DNA of 64,000 nt from Clostridia bacterium (lineage in GTDB: Bacteria > Bacillota > Clostridia > Christensenellales > CAG-138), in contig DATMYE010000042.1 of assembly GCA_035561095.1 (NCBI GenBank), forward strand, positions 79,994 to 143,993, in the 5' to 3' direction. The notes under the pieces are model-generated. The model was not told the DNA's origin. It made no database searches and saw nothing but the letters and a program-made list of their open reading frames with translations. The position numbers were made by a program, and so were the translations under genes. Shown here one piece after another: positions 8,469 to 17,679 of the stretch. Position 1 is the first letter of the stretch, and each line of letters opens with the position of its first letter.

Positions 8469-10679
8469 TTATCCCTCCGGCAGCGGCGTCGGCGGAGCCG
8501 GCGTGGCGTTCGGGTCGGGCGTGATCGAAGGCGAAGGCGAGGGCTTCGGGAACGTGACGTAGACCACCGTACCCGGGTCGACAAACGTGCCTTCCGCGAT
8601 CGACTGCGTGTCGATGACGCCGGTGCACTGCGTCTTATCAAAGCTCAGCACGAGGCCAATCGCCGCAAGCTTATCAAACGCATCCTGTCTGCGCCTGCCG
8701 ACGAGATTCGGCACCTGCACCTGCCCTTTGTAGAGTTCGTCGTCATTGTACGTGGTCACGCCCGTATACAGGATGATGGTCGAACCGGCTGGTACTTTTG
8801 TGTTGCCCGCAGGGAACTGATACGAAACGACCGCTGCATCCTCAGACTTGACCGTATATGCCATGAAGCCCGACTGTTGCAGCGTGTAGACCGCGTCCCG
8901 CGCCGTCATGTTGGTGACGTCCGGCACAGTGGCCATCTTGGTTTCCTGCGCGTTCGGCAAAATGCCGTAATACTGCACCAGATCCGAGAAGATCTTGCCG
9001 ACCCAGTAGCCCGCAATGCTCTTTGCTTCCATATAGGGTACCGCAGGCTCGTCGATGACCAGCATGCAGACGAGCTGCGGGCTGTCGTTGGCCGAAAGAT
9101 AGCCGATATACGAGGCGACGACGCGCATGCGCGAAGGCGTCACGCCGTCCTCTTCAAACTTGCGGGAAACGCCGCTGATTCCGCCGACCGTGTAGTTGGG
9201 CACCTGCGCGTTGTTGCCGAGGCCCTTGGTCGCGACGGTTTCCAGAAGCGAGCGCATCGTTGCAGAAGCGCTGGTGCTGATCACGCGGCGCAGAATGGTC
9301 GGCTCGTTTTTGACGATGACCGTTCCGTCCGTCGAGGTGATGTTGTCCACCACGTACGGCTGCATCAGCGTGCCGCCGTTGATGACCGCGCAGAAGGCAT
9401 TCGCCATCTGCATCGAGGTATTGGTAATGTTTTCGCCAAACGCGATGCGCGAAAGATCGCTCTCGCGGATGTACTTGCGATGGACGACCTCTCCGGTGTC
9501 TTCGCTCGGAATGCCGACATTGGTCTCCACGCCGAAGCCGAAGTTATAGATGTAGTCGTAAAACTTGTTGATCCCCGTCGCGAGCGCGATATCCGCCATC
9601 GAGAGATTGCAGGAGTTGCTGAGCGCTTCGGAAAGCGTCTGCAATTTGTGCCCCGCGGTGTCCCAGCAGGCGACCTTCTCCAGGCGGAAGATCTTGAAGC
9701 CTTCGCAGTCATATTGGGTGGAAAGCGTCGCAACGCCCGCATCGACGCCGGCTGCCGCCGTGATCACGTCAAACATAGAGCCGCTCTCGTAGGTATCGGT
9801 CACCATACGCATGCGGGACATGGACATGAGCTCGGTGACCATATCGCGCGGAGGCGCGTTGAGGTCAAACGAGGGATACGAGGAGATGGCCAGCACCTCG
9901 CCCGTGTTCGGATCCATGATGAGGCCCGAAACGGTGGCGGCGCGGTTGAGCTCATAGCACTGCTTGAGGTATTTCTCCAGATAGCTCTGCGTGACGGAGT
10001 CCGCCGTGAGCTTCATGTTGTAGCCTTCCACCGGCGCGAGATAATCCTCCTCGCCGTAGGAAAGCGGGTTGTTCTTTCGGTCTACCTCGATGACAAGCCG
10101 TCCCGCGGTGCCCGCGAGATAGGAGTTGTACTCCGCTTCCAATCCCGTCTGGCCTTCGGTTTCGATGCCGGTGAAGCCGACGAGCTGGGTAAAGAGGTTG
10201 CCAAAGGGATAGTAGCGCTTCATGTCCGTGGTATAGGAAATACCGTTGCCCAGCTGCAGCGCCTCCAGCTGGTCGATGACGGAGCTCTCCACCTGCCGCT
10301 TGAGCTGCACCTGCAGACGTTTCGGGTCGGAGATGCGCTCCAGCACGTAATCGTAGTTGAGGCCGAGCACTTCGGAGACCTCGGTGGCGACGCGGACGCG
10401 GTCGTCCGCCGCGATGGCGGGCGGGTTTGCGAGCACGCGGTAGGCGGTGCCGCTCTGCGCGAGTACGAGGCCGTTGCGGTCGGTGATCTTGCCGCGCTGG
10501 GCTGCGAGGTTCTGGCGGCGCGTCCACTGCACTTCCGCCTTGGCTTTGAGTTCAGGTCCCTGAACGATCATAACCTGCGTCAGGCGCAGTGCCAGCAGAA
10601 GCATGAGTAAGCCTGCAAATACCATCAGCAGGACAAGTTTGCGTTTAATCTTCGGCGCGGGGGCCGCTGTTTTAGCCAT
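8469..10679 (-). CDS. Class B penicillin-binding protein (FtsI/SpoVD/PBP2B family) with two PASTA domains and a Pro-rich tail; catalytic motifs degenerate
   Basis: The protein has an N-terminal TM anchor, a PBP dimerisation domain and a transpeptidase domain that aligns with SpoVD. PASTA repeats are TVPDVTNMTARDAVYTL... and VQVPNLVGRRRQDAFDKL.... Motif 1 reads SMFD and motif 3 reads ISG. See findings. Confidence 0.9.
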   Translation of the reverse strand: MAKTAAPAPKIKRKLVLLMVFAGLLMLLLALRLTQVMIVQGPELKAKAEVQWTRRQNLAAQRGKITDRNGLVLAQSGTAYRVLANPPAIAADDRVRVATEVSEVLGLNYDYVLERISDPKRLQVQLKRQVESSVIDQLEALQLGNGISYTTDMKRYYPFGNLFTQLVGFTGIETEGQTGLEAEYNSYLAGTAGRLVIEVDRKNNPLSYGEEDYLAPVEGYNMKLTADSVTQSYLEKYLKQCYELNRAATVSGLIMDPNTGEVLAISSYPSFDLNAPPRDMVTELMSMSRMRMVTDTYESGSMFDVITAAAGVDAGVATLSTQYDCEGFKIFRLEKVACWDTAGHKLQTLSEALSNSCNLSMADIALATGINKFYDYIYNFGFGVETNVGIPSEDTGEVVHRKYIRESDLSRIAFGENITNTSMQMANAFCAVINGGTLMQPYVVDNITSTDGTVIVKNEPTILRRVISTSASATMRSLLETVATKGLGNNAQVPNYTVGGISGVSRKFEEDGVTPSRMRVVASYIGYLSANDSPQLVCMLVIDEPAVPYMEAKSIAGYWVGKIFSDLVQYYGILPNAQETKMATVPDVTNMTARDAVYTLQQSGFMAYTVKSEDAAVVSYQFPAGNTKVPAGSTIILYTGVTTYNDDELYKGQVQVPNLVGRRRQDAFDKLAAIGLVLSFDKTQCTGVIDTQSIAEGTFVDPGTVVYVTFPKPSPSPSITPDPNATPAPPTPLPEG

Positions 10680-10702
10680 TGGTCAATCGTCCTTTCGTGA
10701 GA

Positions 10703-11290
10703 TCAACCGCCTGCAGGCGGCTGTTCCCCCCCGCCCGTAGTGCCTGGCTCAGTCGTTGTCGGGTCCGGCGTTGTCTCCGGCACCGGTGTTGTTGTCTCCG
10801 TTGTTCCCGTGGGCGAAGGCAGGCTGTTGTCAAACGGCAGCCGGTCGCCGATGCGGACATACTGATCCCTATCGGGATACTTCATTCCGTAGGCTTCCGC
10901 AACCTCCTGCGCGTCCTGAATGGTCACCGCGCATTCGATCTGAACGTCCAGCTCGTTGATTCGCAGATCCGTCAGGTCGATTTCGCTGTTGAGCGCGTTG
11001 ATGTCCGCGTATGCACGCGAAATACGCTCATATCCCGAGAGCGTAAAGAGAACCATGCCCGCAAAGATGAATCCGCTGATGATCAGGCCGATGCGGCCAA
11101 GCGACGTCATCTCCGGTTTTTCGACGCGAACACCGGGCTCCGGTGCTCGGCGAGCGCCGGATTTCGTGCGCGGTGCGCGCGATTCGCTTTCTTCAATCGC
11201 TTCCTTGGGCAAATAAAGCCTCGTCGTTGGCGAGCGGCCTTTTTTTCGGTCTTCTTCGAAGCGGATATCCAATGAACAATTCCCTTCCAA
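10703..11290 (-). CDS. ftsL: FtsL-like cell-division protein (bitopic, coiled coil, Thr/Pro-rich tail)
   Basis: It sits between rsmH and the bPBP. It has a single TM (IGLIISGFIFAGMVLFTLSGY) followed by a heptad-like stretch (INALNSEIDLTDLRINELDVQIE). The start codon is uncertain. Confidence 0.6.
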   Translation of the reverse strand: MEGNCSLDIRFEEDRKKGRSPTTRLYLPKEAIEESESRAPRTKSGARRAPEPGVRVEKPEMTSLGRIGLIISGFIFAGMVLFTLSGYERISRAYADINALNSEIDLTDLRINELDVQIECAVTIQDAQEVAEAYGMKYPDRDQYVRIGDRLPFDNSLPSPTGTTETTTPVPETTPDPTTTEPGTTGGGEQPPAGG

Positions 11291-11344
11291 TCAAGCGAAA
11301 ATTCCGCTCACCGGCGCGGTTCAGCGCCCGGGCGCACTTCTTCG

Positions 11345-12286
11345 CTAGATCTTTTCGATGCAGCGGAGCTTTGCGCTGGTCGAGCGGGAATTGCGCGTTT
11401 CCTCTTCTAGAGAGGCGGTCAGCGGTTTCTTGGTGAGGATCTTTGCCTTGGGTTCCTTTCCGCAGATGCAGATCGGCGCCGAAGGCGGGCAGGTGCAGGG
11501 ATTCTCAAAACGACGGAATGCCTGCTTGACGATTCGATCCTCCAGTGAATGAAATGTAATTATACACAGTCTTCCGCCTTTTTGCAACAGATCGCAGGCC
11601 TCCTCCACCGCGCGGTCAAGGCCGCTGAGCTCGCCGTTTACCTCGATGCGCAGCGCCTGAAAAGTGCGTCGCGCGGGGTGTTGCGGCTCATTTCGATACT
11701 TTGCGGGGATGGCGTCGCGCACGATCTGCGCCAGCTGAAGGGTGGTTTCGATCGGAGATTGTTCACGAATGTTACAAATTCTCTCCGCAATTCGTTTGCT
11801 GAAGCGCTCCTCTCCGTAGGCAAAGAAGATGCGCGTGAGTTCCGCTTCAGGATACTTGTTGATGATATCCCGTGCGGAAAACGCCGCGCTCTGATCCATG
11901 CGCATGTCCAACGGTGCATCCGTCTTATAGGAAAACCCGCGCTCCTGGGTGTCCAGCTGATGCGAGGATACACCCAGATCGAGGAGGATTCCGTTGACTT
12001 CATGCACGCCGACGCCGGAAAGCAGCGTCTTCATATCAAAAAAGTTGCCGTGCAGCGCGGTAAATCGGCTGCCGTAAACGGCGAGCCGTTCCCCGGCCGC
12101 GCGCACGGCTTCCCAGTCCCTGTCAATTCCAATGAGCCTGCCCGTCTGTAACAGGCGGGAAAGAACCGCCTCGGCATGGCCCCCGCCGCCGAGCGTTCCG
12201 TCGATGAATGTGCCGCCGCGCTCCGGAGCAAGATACTCCAGCGTCTCGTTCAGCAGCACGGGGATATGCGAAAATTGCTCGCTCAT
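11345..12286 (-). CDS. rsmH: 16S rRNA (cytosine1402-N4)-methyltransferase
   Basis: Motifs present: HIPVLLNE, DGTLGGGGHAEAVL, LDLGVSSHQLD..RGFSY and FHSLEDRIVK. Confidence 0.95.
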   Translation of the reverse strand: MSEQFSHIPVLLNETLEYLAPERGGTFIDGTLGGGGHAEAVLSRLLQTGRLIGIDRDWEAVRAAGERLAVYGSRFTALHGNFFDMKTLLSGVGVHEVNGILLDLGVSSHQLDTQERGFSYKTDAPLDMRMDQSAAFSARDIINKYPEAELTRIFFAYGEERFSKRIAERICNIREQSPIETTLQLAQIVRDAIPAKYRNEPQHPARRTFQALRIEVNGELSGLDRAVEEACDLLQKGGRLCIITFHSLEDRIVKQAFRRFENPCTCPPSAPICICGKEPKAKILTKKPLTASLEEETRNSRSTSAKLRCIEKI

Positions 12287-12735
12287 ATGCCGAGCGCCGC
12301 CAGATGCGCGAGTGCGTCCCCATAGTTCTCCTCGCAGGCCGCGTTATAGGCCGCGAGTGTTTCAGGATTCCAGATCTCCACCCGTTCGCCGACGCCGATG
12401 AGCGTCGCGTCCTTGCTTAGCCCCGCGAGATCGCGAAGCTGCGAAGGAATCAGGATGCGGCCCTGCTTGTCGATTTCGCAGGCAGCAGCCATCGAGTAGA
12501 TCTTTCTGCGGATCGCCTGCCCCTTGACGTCCGTCACGGGCAGCGCGGAGAGCTTGTGCGAAAAACGCTCCCACTCTTCCAGCGACATGCCGGAAAGGCA
12601 GGTTGCGGTTGCGGACTCTAACAGGCCGAGCGTGATGACGAGCGTATCGCCCACGTTTTCGCGCCATTTGGCCGGGATAAACACGCGGCCCTTCGCGTCC
12701 AGCATATGCTCGAATGAACCGATCAGCACACGCAC
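12283..12735 (-). CDS. mraZ: Transcriptional regulator MraZ
   Basis: Two DxxxR-type repeats are present (MLDAKGRVFIPAKWR and EIDKQGRILIPSQLR). The GTG start at 12735 is preceded by GGAGGAGGAG. The stop overlaps the rsmH start. Confidence 0.92.
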   Translation of the reverse strand: MRVLIGSFEHMLDAKGRVFIPAKWRENVGDTLVITLGLLESATATCLSGMSLEEWERFSHKLSALPVTDVKGQAIRRKIYSMAAACEIDKQGRILIPSQLRDLAGLSKDATLIGVGERVEIWNPETLAAYNAACEENYGDALAHLAALGI

Positions 12736-12813
12736 TCCTCCTCCAGCCAGTTTGCAACCGCGGAAACCGAATCTACCGAATCATAAGGATATAGTTTCCC
12801 CAATCCCACTGTG

Positions 12814-12842
12814 AGTATACACCACAATACCCCATTTGTCAC
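12814..12842 (-). promoter_or_regulatory. Candidate Pmra promoter overlapping GTGG-type repeats (possible MraZ boxes)
   Basis: The minus strand reads GTGACA (12842-12837), a 17-nt spacer, then TATACT (12819-12814). The surrounding sequence AGTGGTGACAAATGGGGTATTGTGGTGTATACTCACAGTGGGATTGGGG carries five GTGG/GGGG pentamers. Confidence 0.4.
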
Positions 12843-12954
12843 CACTTTCATGTATTTTTTTATGATTTTTTTTGAATTTTTTGAAAATAAACGTTTGTTT
12901 GCTTCATTCTGCGTGGTTCCTGCCCGGGCGGGGGTTTTTTCGCTCCACAAACTG

Positions 12955-12963
12955 TGGTATACT
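12955..12963 (+). promoter_or_regulatory. Extended -10 promoter candidate for the topoisomerase operon
   Basis: TGgTATACT lies at 12955-12963, about 165 nt upstream of ATG 13127. No good -35 element was found. Confidence 0.3.
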
Positions 12964-13126
12964 GACATTGGCTCTGTGCCAGATATGGTACTTGAGCACC
13001 AAACCCGCCGGCAAAACCCGCTAAAAAAGCGGTTTTCTTCATTTTTGCCGGGGTTCTTTGCGTCTGGAGGCGGGTTTTCTCCGCCTTGTCATCCGCCATC
13101 ATTTTTCGTCAGAATGGGAGCTGCTC

Positions 13127-15082
13127 ATGGCATCGGATTATACAGTAGATAAAATCAAAATCATGGAAGGTTTGGACGCAGTCCGTATGCGCCCGGGCAT
13201 GTACATCGGCTCGACGGGGCAGCGCGGACTCCACCACCTGCTCTGGGAGATCATCGATAACGCCATCGACGAGGCGGCGAACGGCTATGCCAACGAGATC
13301 GCTGTCACGCTCCATAAGGATAACTCCGTCACGGTCGTAGACAACGGCCGCGGCATCCCCGTGCAGATTCACGAGAAGATGGGCGTCTCCGGCGTGGAGG
13401 TCGTCTTTACCCAGCTGCACGCGGGCGGCAAATTCGGCAACGATTCCTACGGCTACTCCGGCGGTCTCCACGGCGTCGGCGCATCGGTCGTCAACGCGCT
13501 GTCCGAGTGGGTCGAGGTCGAGGTCGCAACCGACGGCAGGCTCTACAAAATCCGCTTCACAAGCGAGGAGGACGCCACCGGCAAGATCATCTCCGGCAAA
13601 GCTGTTGCCCCGCTGGAAGAGGTCGGGCGCACGCGCCGCCAGGGCACCAGCGTGACCTTTATGCCAGACGAGCGGGTCTTTGAAACCGTGGAGATGAGCT
13701 ACGACATCATCTCCAAGCGCATCCGCGAGCTCTCCTATCTCAACCGCGGCACGAAGATGATCCTCGTCGATGAGCATGCCAATCATCAGAAAAAGGTCGA
13801 GTATCAGTTCAACGGAGGCTTGAGCGACTTCGTCAGCTATCTCAACGCGGACAAGACGCCGCTCTACGATCCGCCGATCCACTTCATCGGCACGTCCGGC
13901 GGCATCGTCGTCGAAGTCGCGCTCCAGCACAACGACGGCTACGCGGACAACATCTTCTCCTATGTCAACAACATCCCGACCACTGAGGGCGGCACGCACG
14001 AGACGGGCCTCAAAGCCGCGCTGACCAAGGTGCTCAACGATTACTGCCGTAAGATGGGTTACCTCAAGGACAAGGATGCTCCGCTGACCGGCGAAGACTT
14101 CCGCGAGGGAATCACCGCCGTGCTCTCGCTCAAGATGCGCACGATCCAGTTTGAAGGGCAGACCAAGACCAAGCTGGGCAATACCGAAGCGCGCCCCGCG
14201 GTCGAGAGCGTCGTCATCGAACAGCTCGTGCCGTATCTGGAAGATCTCAAGCACGGCGAGGTCGCGACCATCATCGCGGAAAAAGCGGTCAAGGCCGCAA
14301 AGGTGCGCGAGGCCGCGCGCAAGGCAAAGGCCACCGCGCGCGAGAAGAACAAGCTCGAAAACGCGCCGCTGGTCGGCAAACTCAGCAGTTGCTCCGGCCG
14401 CGACTACAGCAAGAACGAGCTGTTCATCGTCGAAGGCGACAGCGCGGGCGGCTCCGCCAAGCAGGGCCGCGACCGCAGATTTCAGGCGATCCTGCCGCTG
14501 CGCGGCAAGCCGCTGAACGTGGAAAAAAAGCGCATCGATCAGGTGCTGCAAAACGAGGAGTTCCGTTCAATCATCACCGCGGTCGGCACCGGCATCGGCG
14601 AGGATTTCGACATCTCCTCGCTCAAATACGACAAGATTATCATCCTCTCGGACGCGGATCAGGACGGTGCGCACATCCGCGCAATCCTCTTGACGTTCTT
14701 CTATCGTTATATGAAGGAACTGGTCACGGAAGGGCATGTCTATATCGGCCTTTCCCCACTCTACAAGGTACAGAAGGACACAAAGCGTATCTATTGCTAT
14801 GACGACGAGGAGCTGCGCGCCGCGACCAAATCGGTCGGCAAGGGCTACACGATCCAGCGCTACAAGGGTCTTGGCGAGATGAACCCGGAGCAGCTCTGGG
14901 AGACGACCATGAACCCCGAAGGCCGCGCGCTGGTGCGGGTCACCATCGAGGACGCGGCGGACGTCGAACACCTCGTCACCGTGCTCATGGGCGACAAAGT
15001 CCAGTCGAGAAAAGAATACATCTTCGAAAACGCGGACTTTAATAAAAACGCAAGCGAGATGTTTGAGAAACTAAAAGACTAG
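13127..15082 (+). CDS. Type IIA DNA topoisomerase subunit B (GyrB/ParE family)
   Basis: ORF track 13058..15082. ATG 13127 follows GGGAG. Motifs present: GLDAVRMRPGMYIGS, LHHLLWEIIDNAIDE, GGLHGVGASVVNALS, the TOPRIM motif EGDSAGGSAKQGRDR, DADQDGAHI and RYKGLGEMN. Confidence 0.93.
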   Translation: MASDYTVDKIKIMEGLDAVRMRPGMYIGSTGQRGLHHLLWEIIDNAIDEAANGYANEIAVTLHKDNSVTVVDNGRGIPVQIHEKMGVSGVEVVFTQLHAGGKFGNDSYGYSGGLHGVGASVVNALSEWVEVEVATDGRLYKIRFTSEEDATGKIISGKAVAPLEEVGRTRRQGTSVTFMPDERVFETVEMSYDIISKRIRELSYLNRGTKMILVDEHANHQKKVEYQFNGGLSDFVSYLNADKTPLYDPPIHFIGTSGGIVVEVALQHNDGYADNIFSYVNNIPTTEGGTHETGLKAALTKVLNDYCRKMGYLKDKDAPLTGEDFREGITAVLSLKMRTIQFEGQTKTKLGNTEARPAVESVVIEQLVPYLEDLKHGEVATIIAEKAVKAAKVREAARKAKATAREKNKLENAPLVGKLSSCSGRDYSKNELFIVEGDSAGGSAKQGRDRRFQAILPLRGKPLNVEKKRIDQVLQNEEFRSIITAVGTGIGEDFDISSLKYDKIIILSDADQDGAHIRAILLTFFYRYMKELVTEGHVYIGLSPLYKVQKDTKRIYCYDDEELRAATKSVGKGYTIQRYKGLGEMNPEQLWETTMNPEGRALVRVTIEDAADVEHLVTVLMGDKVQSRKEYIFENADFNKNASEMFEKLKD

Positions 15083-15134
15083 TTTTCACTACGTCGCAAG
15101 CGAACATGATTGACGGACGATAAGGAAGCACGAT

Positions 15135-17531
15135 ATGCCGAAAGAACCCATTCAACTCAAACTTGAGAAGATCATCGAGCGCACCATGGACGAGGTCATG
15201 CACCAGTCCATGATGCCCTATGCCGAGCACGTCATCCTCGAGCGCGCGCTGCCGCGCGTAGAGGACGGCCTCAAGCCCGTGCAACGGCGCATCCTCTACA
15301 CCATGCTGGAGCTGAGCCTCACGCCCGACAAGCCGCACCGCAAGAGCGCGCGTATCGTCGGCGACTGCCTGGGTAAATACCATCCGCACGGCGACACCTC
15401 CGTCTATGACGCGATGGTGCGCATGGCGCAGCCGTATAACATGTGCGTGCAGCTGGTGGACGGCCACGGCAACTTCGGTAGCGTGGACGGCGACAGCGCG
15501 GCTGCGATGCGCTATACCGAAGCGCGCATGACGGAAGCCGCCATGCAGCTCTTGCGCGACATCGAGAAAGACACCGTCAGTTTTTCGTTTAACTTTGACG
15601 ACACGCTCAAGGAGCCGGATCTGCTGCCCGGACGCTTCCCGAACCTGCTCGTCAACGGTGCCAGCGGCATCGCGGTGGGTTTGGCCACCAACATCCCGCC
15701 GCACAACCCCGTGGAGGCGATCAACGCCGTCATCGCGGTGATGGAAAACCCGCGTATCACACTCGAAGAGCTGATGAAGATCATCCCCGCACCGGACTTC
15801 CCCACCGGCGGATTCATCCTTGAATCCTCCGAGGTGGAGCAGGCCTACCGCACCGGTCGCGGCAAGATCTACATGCGCGCCAAGACGCATTTTGAAGAGC
15901 AGAAGAACGGCAAGACGTTCATCGTCATCACCGAGCTGCCGTTTCAGGTCAACAAAGCGAACATGCTCGAGAAAATCCTCGCCGTCAGTCAGGAAAAGAA
16001 GGCGATGTTCTCCGGCATTGCGGATATTCGCGACGAAAGCGACCGCACGGGCATGCGCGCCGTCATCGAGGTCAAGAAGGACGGCGACCCGGAACGCATC
16101 CTCCAGTACCTGTTTAAGTATTCCGACCTGCAGATGACGTTCGGCGTCAACATGGTCGCCATCGCGGGCGGCAAACCGCAGCAGCTCAATCTCAAGCAGA
16201 TCATCGCGCACTACATCCGCCATCAGCGGGATGTGGTCACGCGCCGTACGCAGTTTGAGCTGGACGCGGCGCTCCGCCGCGAGCACATCTTAGCGGGCTT
16301 GATGATCGCGGTGGACAACCTCGACGCCGTCATTGCACTCATCCGCGCAAGCAAATCCCCCAAGGAAGCGCGCGAAGGGCTGATGAAGACCTTCTCTCTC
16401 TCCGAGGTGCAGGCGCAGGCGATCCTCGATCTGCGTTTGCAGCGCCTGACCAACATGGAGCTGATCACCATCAAGCGCGAATACGCCGAGGTGGTGCGCC
16501 TCATCGAAGAACTCCGCAGCATCCTCGCGAGTGAGAAAAAGCTCCTTGCGCTGATCAAAAAGGAACTCACCGAGATTCGCGAGCAGCTCGCGGTCTCCCG
16601 CAGGACGACGTTTGTCGCCTCCGACGATATGCCCGTCGACGAGTCGGAGGATTTCACCGTCGTGGAGGACGTCACCGTCTGCATCTGCGAAGGGCTGAAG
16701 GTGCGGCGCATGCCGACTAAGGCCTTCTCGCTCGCCGCAATTTCGGAAGACAAGCCGCTGTTCGTGCTCGAAACCCGCTCGAACCAGCGTATCCGCATCT
16801 TCACGGATCAGGGCGCGCTGCTCTCACTTGCGGTCGAGGAGCTGCCGGAGACCCGCGCGACTACAAGAGCCGCAAACCTCGCCTCGCTCCTGCCGTTTGA
16901 GAAGAACGAGAAGATCATCGCGCTCTATCCCGACGACGAGGACGGCGACTATCTCTTCTATCTGCGCGACGGCAACGTCAAGCGCACGCCTTGCTCCGAA
17001 TACCGCATCCGCGTCAAGCGCACCGCGGCGGTTGCGCTACGGGACAAGGACCGTGTGCTCCGCATTGAAAAATACGAACCGCGCTCGATTCTGATGGTCA
17101 CGAAGCTCGGCATGAGCATCCGCTTTGCGGCGGATACGATCCCCGCGATGGGCCGCGTCTCCGGCGGCGTGAAGTGCGTCAAGCTCGACAAAGGCGACGA
17201 GGTGATCTTTGCCGCCCTCGTGCCGGACGAAGCCGAGGTGTTGACCATCACCGACAAGGGCTTTGGCAAGCGTTCCCCGATGTTTGACTACGACCTGCAG
17301 GGCAGAAACGGCAAGGGCCTCAAGACCTTCGACCTCAAGAAAAACGGCTCCAACGGCACCTGCATCGCGGTTGTCGCGGTGCTGACCGAGCAGCAGACGC
17401 TGACGCTCCTCCAGCGGCACGGCGGAAAGACGCCGATCCGCACCAATGAGGTGCGCATCGAGCCGCGCGCCGGCAAGGGCAATATGCTCGTCGCAGTCGT
17501 GCTGGACGACGACGTGGTCGGGGTCGAGTAA
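15135..17531 (+). CDS. Type IIA DNA topoisomerase subunit A (GyrA/ParC family; ParC-like signatures)
   Basis: Motifs present: [41 protein letters not shown] (catalytic Tyr) and NFDDTLKEP. There is no QRRGGKG GyrA box at the start of the C-terminal domain. Confidence 0.93.
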   Translation: MPKEPIQLKLEKIIERTMDEVMHQSMMPYAEHVILERALPRVEDGLKPVQRRILYTMLELSLTPDKPHRKSARIVGDCLGKYHPHGDTSVYDAMVRMAQPYNMCVQLVDGHGNFGSVDGDSAAAMRYTEARMTEAAMQLLRDIEKDTVSFSFNFDDTLKEPDLLPGRFPNLLVNGASGIAVGLATNIPPHNPVEAINAVIAVMENPRITLEELMKIIPAPDFPTGGFILESSEVEQAYRTGRGKIYMRAKTHFEEQKNGKTFIVITELPFQVNKANMLEKILAVSQEKKAMFSGIADIRDESDRTGMRAVIEVKKDGDPERILQYLFKYSDLQMTFGVNMVAIAGGKPQQLNLKQIIAHYIRHQRDVVTRRTQFELDAALRREHILAGLMIAVDNLDAVIALIRASKSPKEAREGLMKTFSLSEVQAQAILDLRLQRLTNMELITIKREYAEVVRLIEELRSILASEKKLLALIKKELTEIREQLAVSRRTTFVASDDMPVDESEDFTVVEDVTVCICEGLKVRRMPTKAFSLAAISEDKPLFVLETRSNQRIRIFTDQGALLSLAVEELPETRATTRAANLASLLPFEKNEKIIALYPDDEDGDYLFYLRDGNVKRTPCSEYRIRVKRTAAVALRDKDRVLRIEKYEPRSILMVTKLGMSIRFAADTIPAMGRVSGGVKCVKLDKGDEVIFAALVPDEAEVLTITDKGFGKRSPMFDYDLQGRNGKGLKTFDLKKNGSNGTCIAVVAVLTEQQTLTLLQRHGGKTPIRTNEVRIEPRAGKGNMLVAVVLDDDVVGVE

Positions 17532-17551
17532 CCAAACAAGAGCTACAACAA

Positions 17552-17588
17552 AAGGCACTCTCCTATTTCGGGCGAGTGCCTTTTCTTT
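17552..17588 (+). terminator. Rho-independent terminator after the topoisomerase operon
   Basis: GGCACTC (17554-17560) pairs with GAGTGCC (17574-17580), followed by TTTTCTTT. Confidence 0.6.
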
Positions 17589-17679
17589 ACGCGAAATTAT
17601 TATGATTCACATCATAGAGTGGTACGCTTATCATGTTTTTATGTTATGATCAGACCATCCTATCTTTATTGGAGGATCT

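Noticed and set aside
13127-17531. Assigning the symbols gyrB/gyrA, or parE/parC, to the topoisomerase pair.
   Set aside because: The signatures are mixed: the B subunit is GyrB-like, while the A subunit is ParC-like and lacks a GyrA box. The rest of the genome is not visible, so I left the gene symbols empty.
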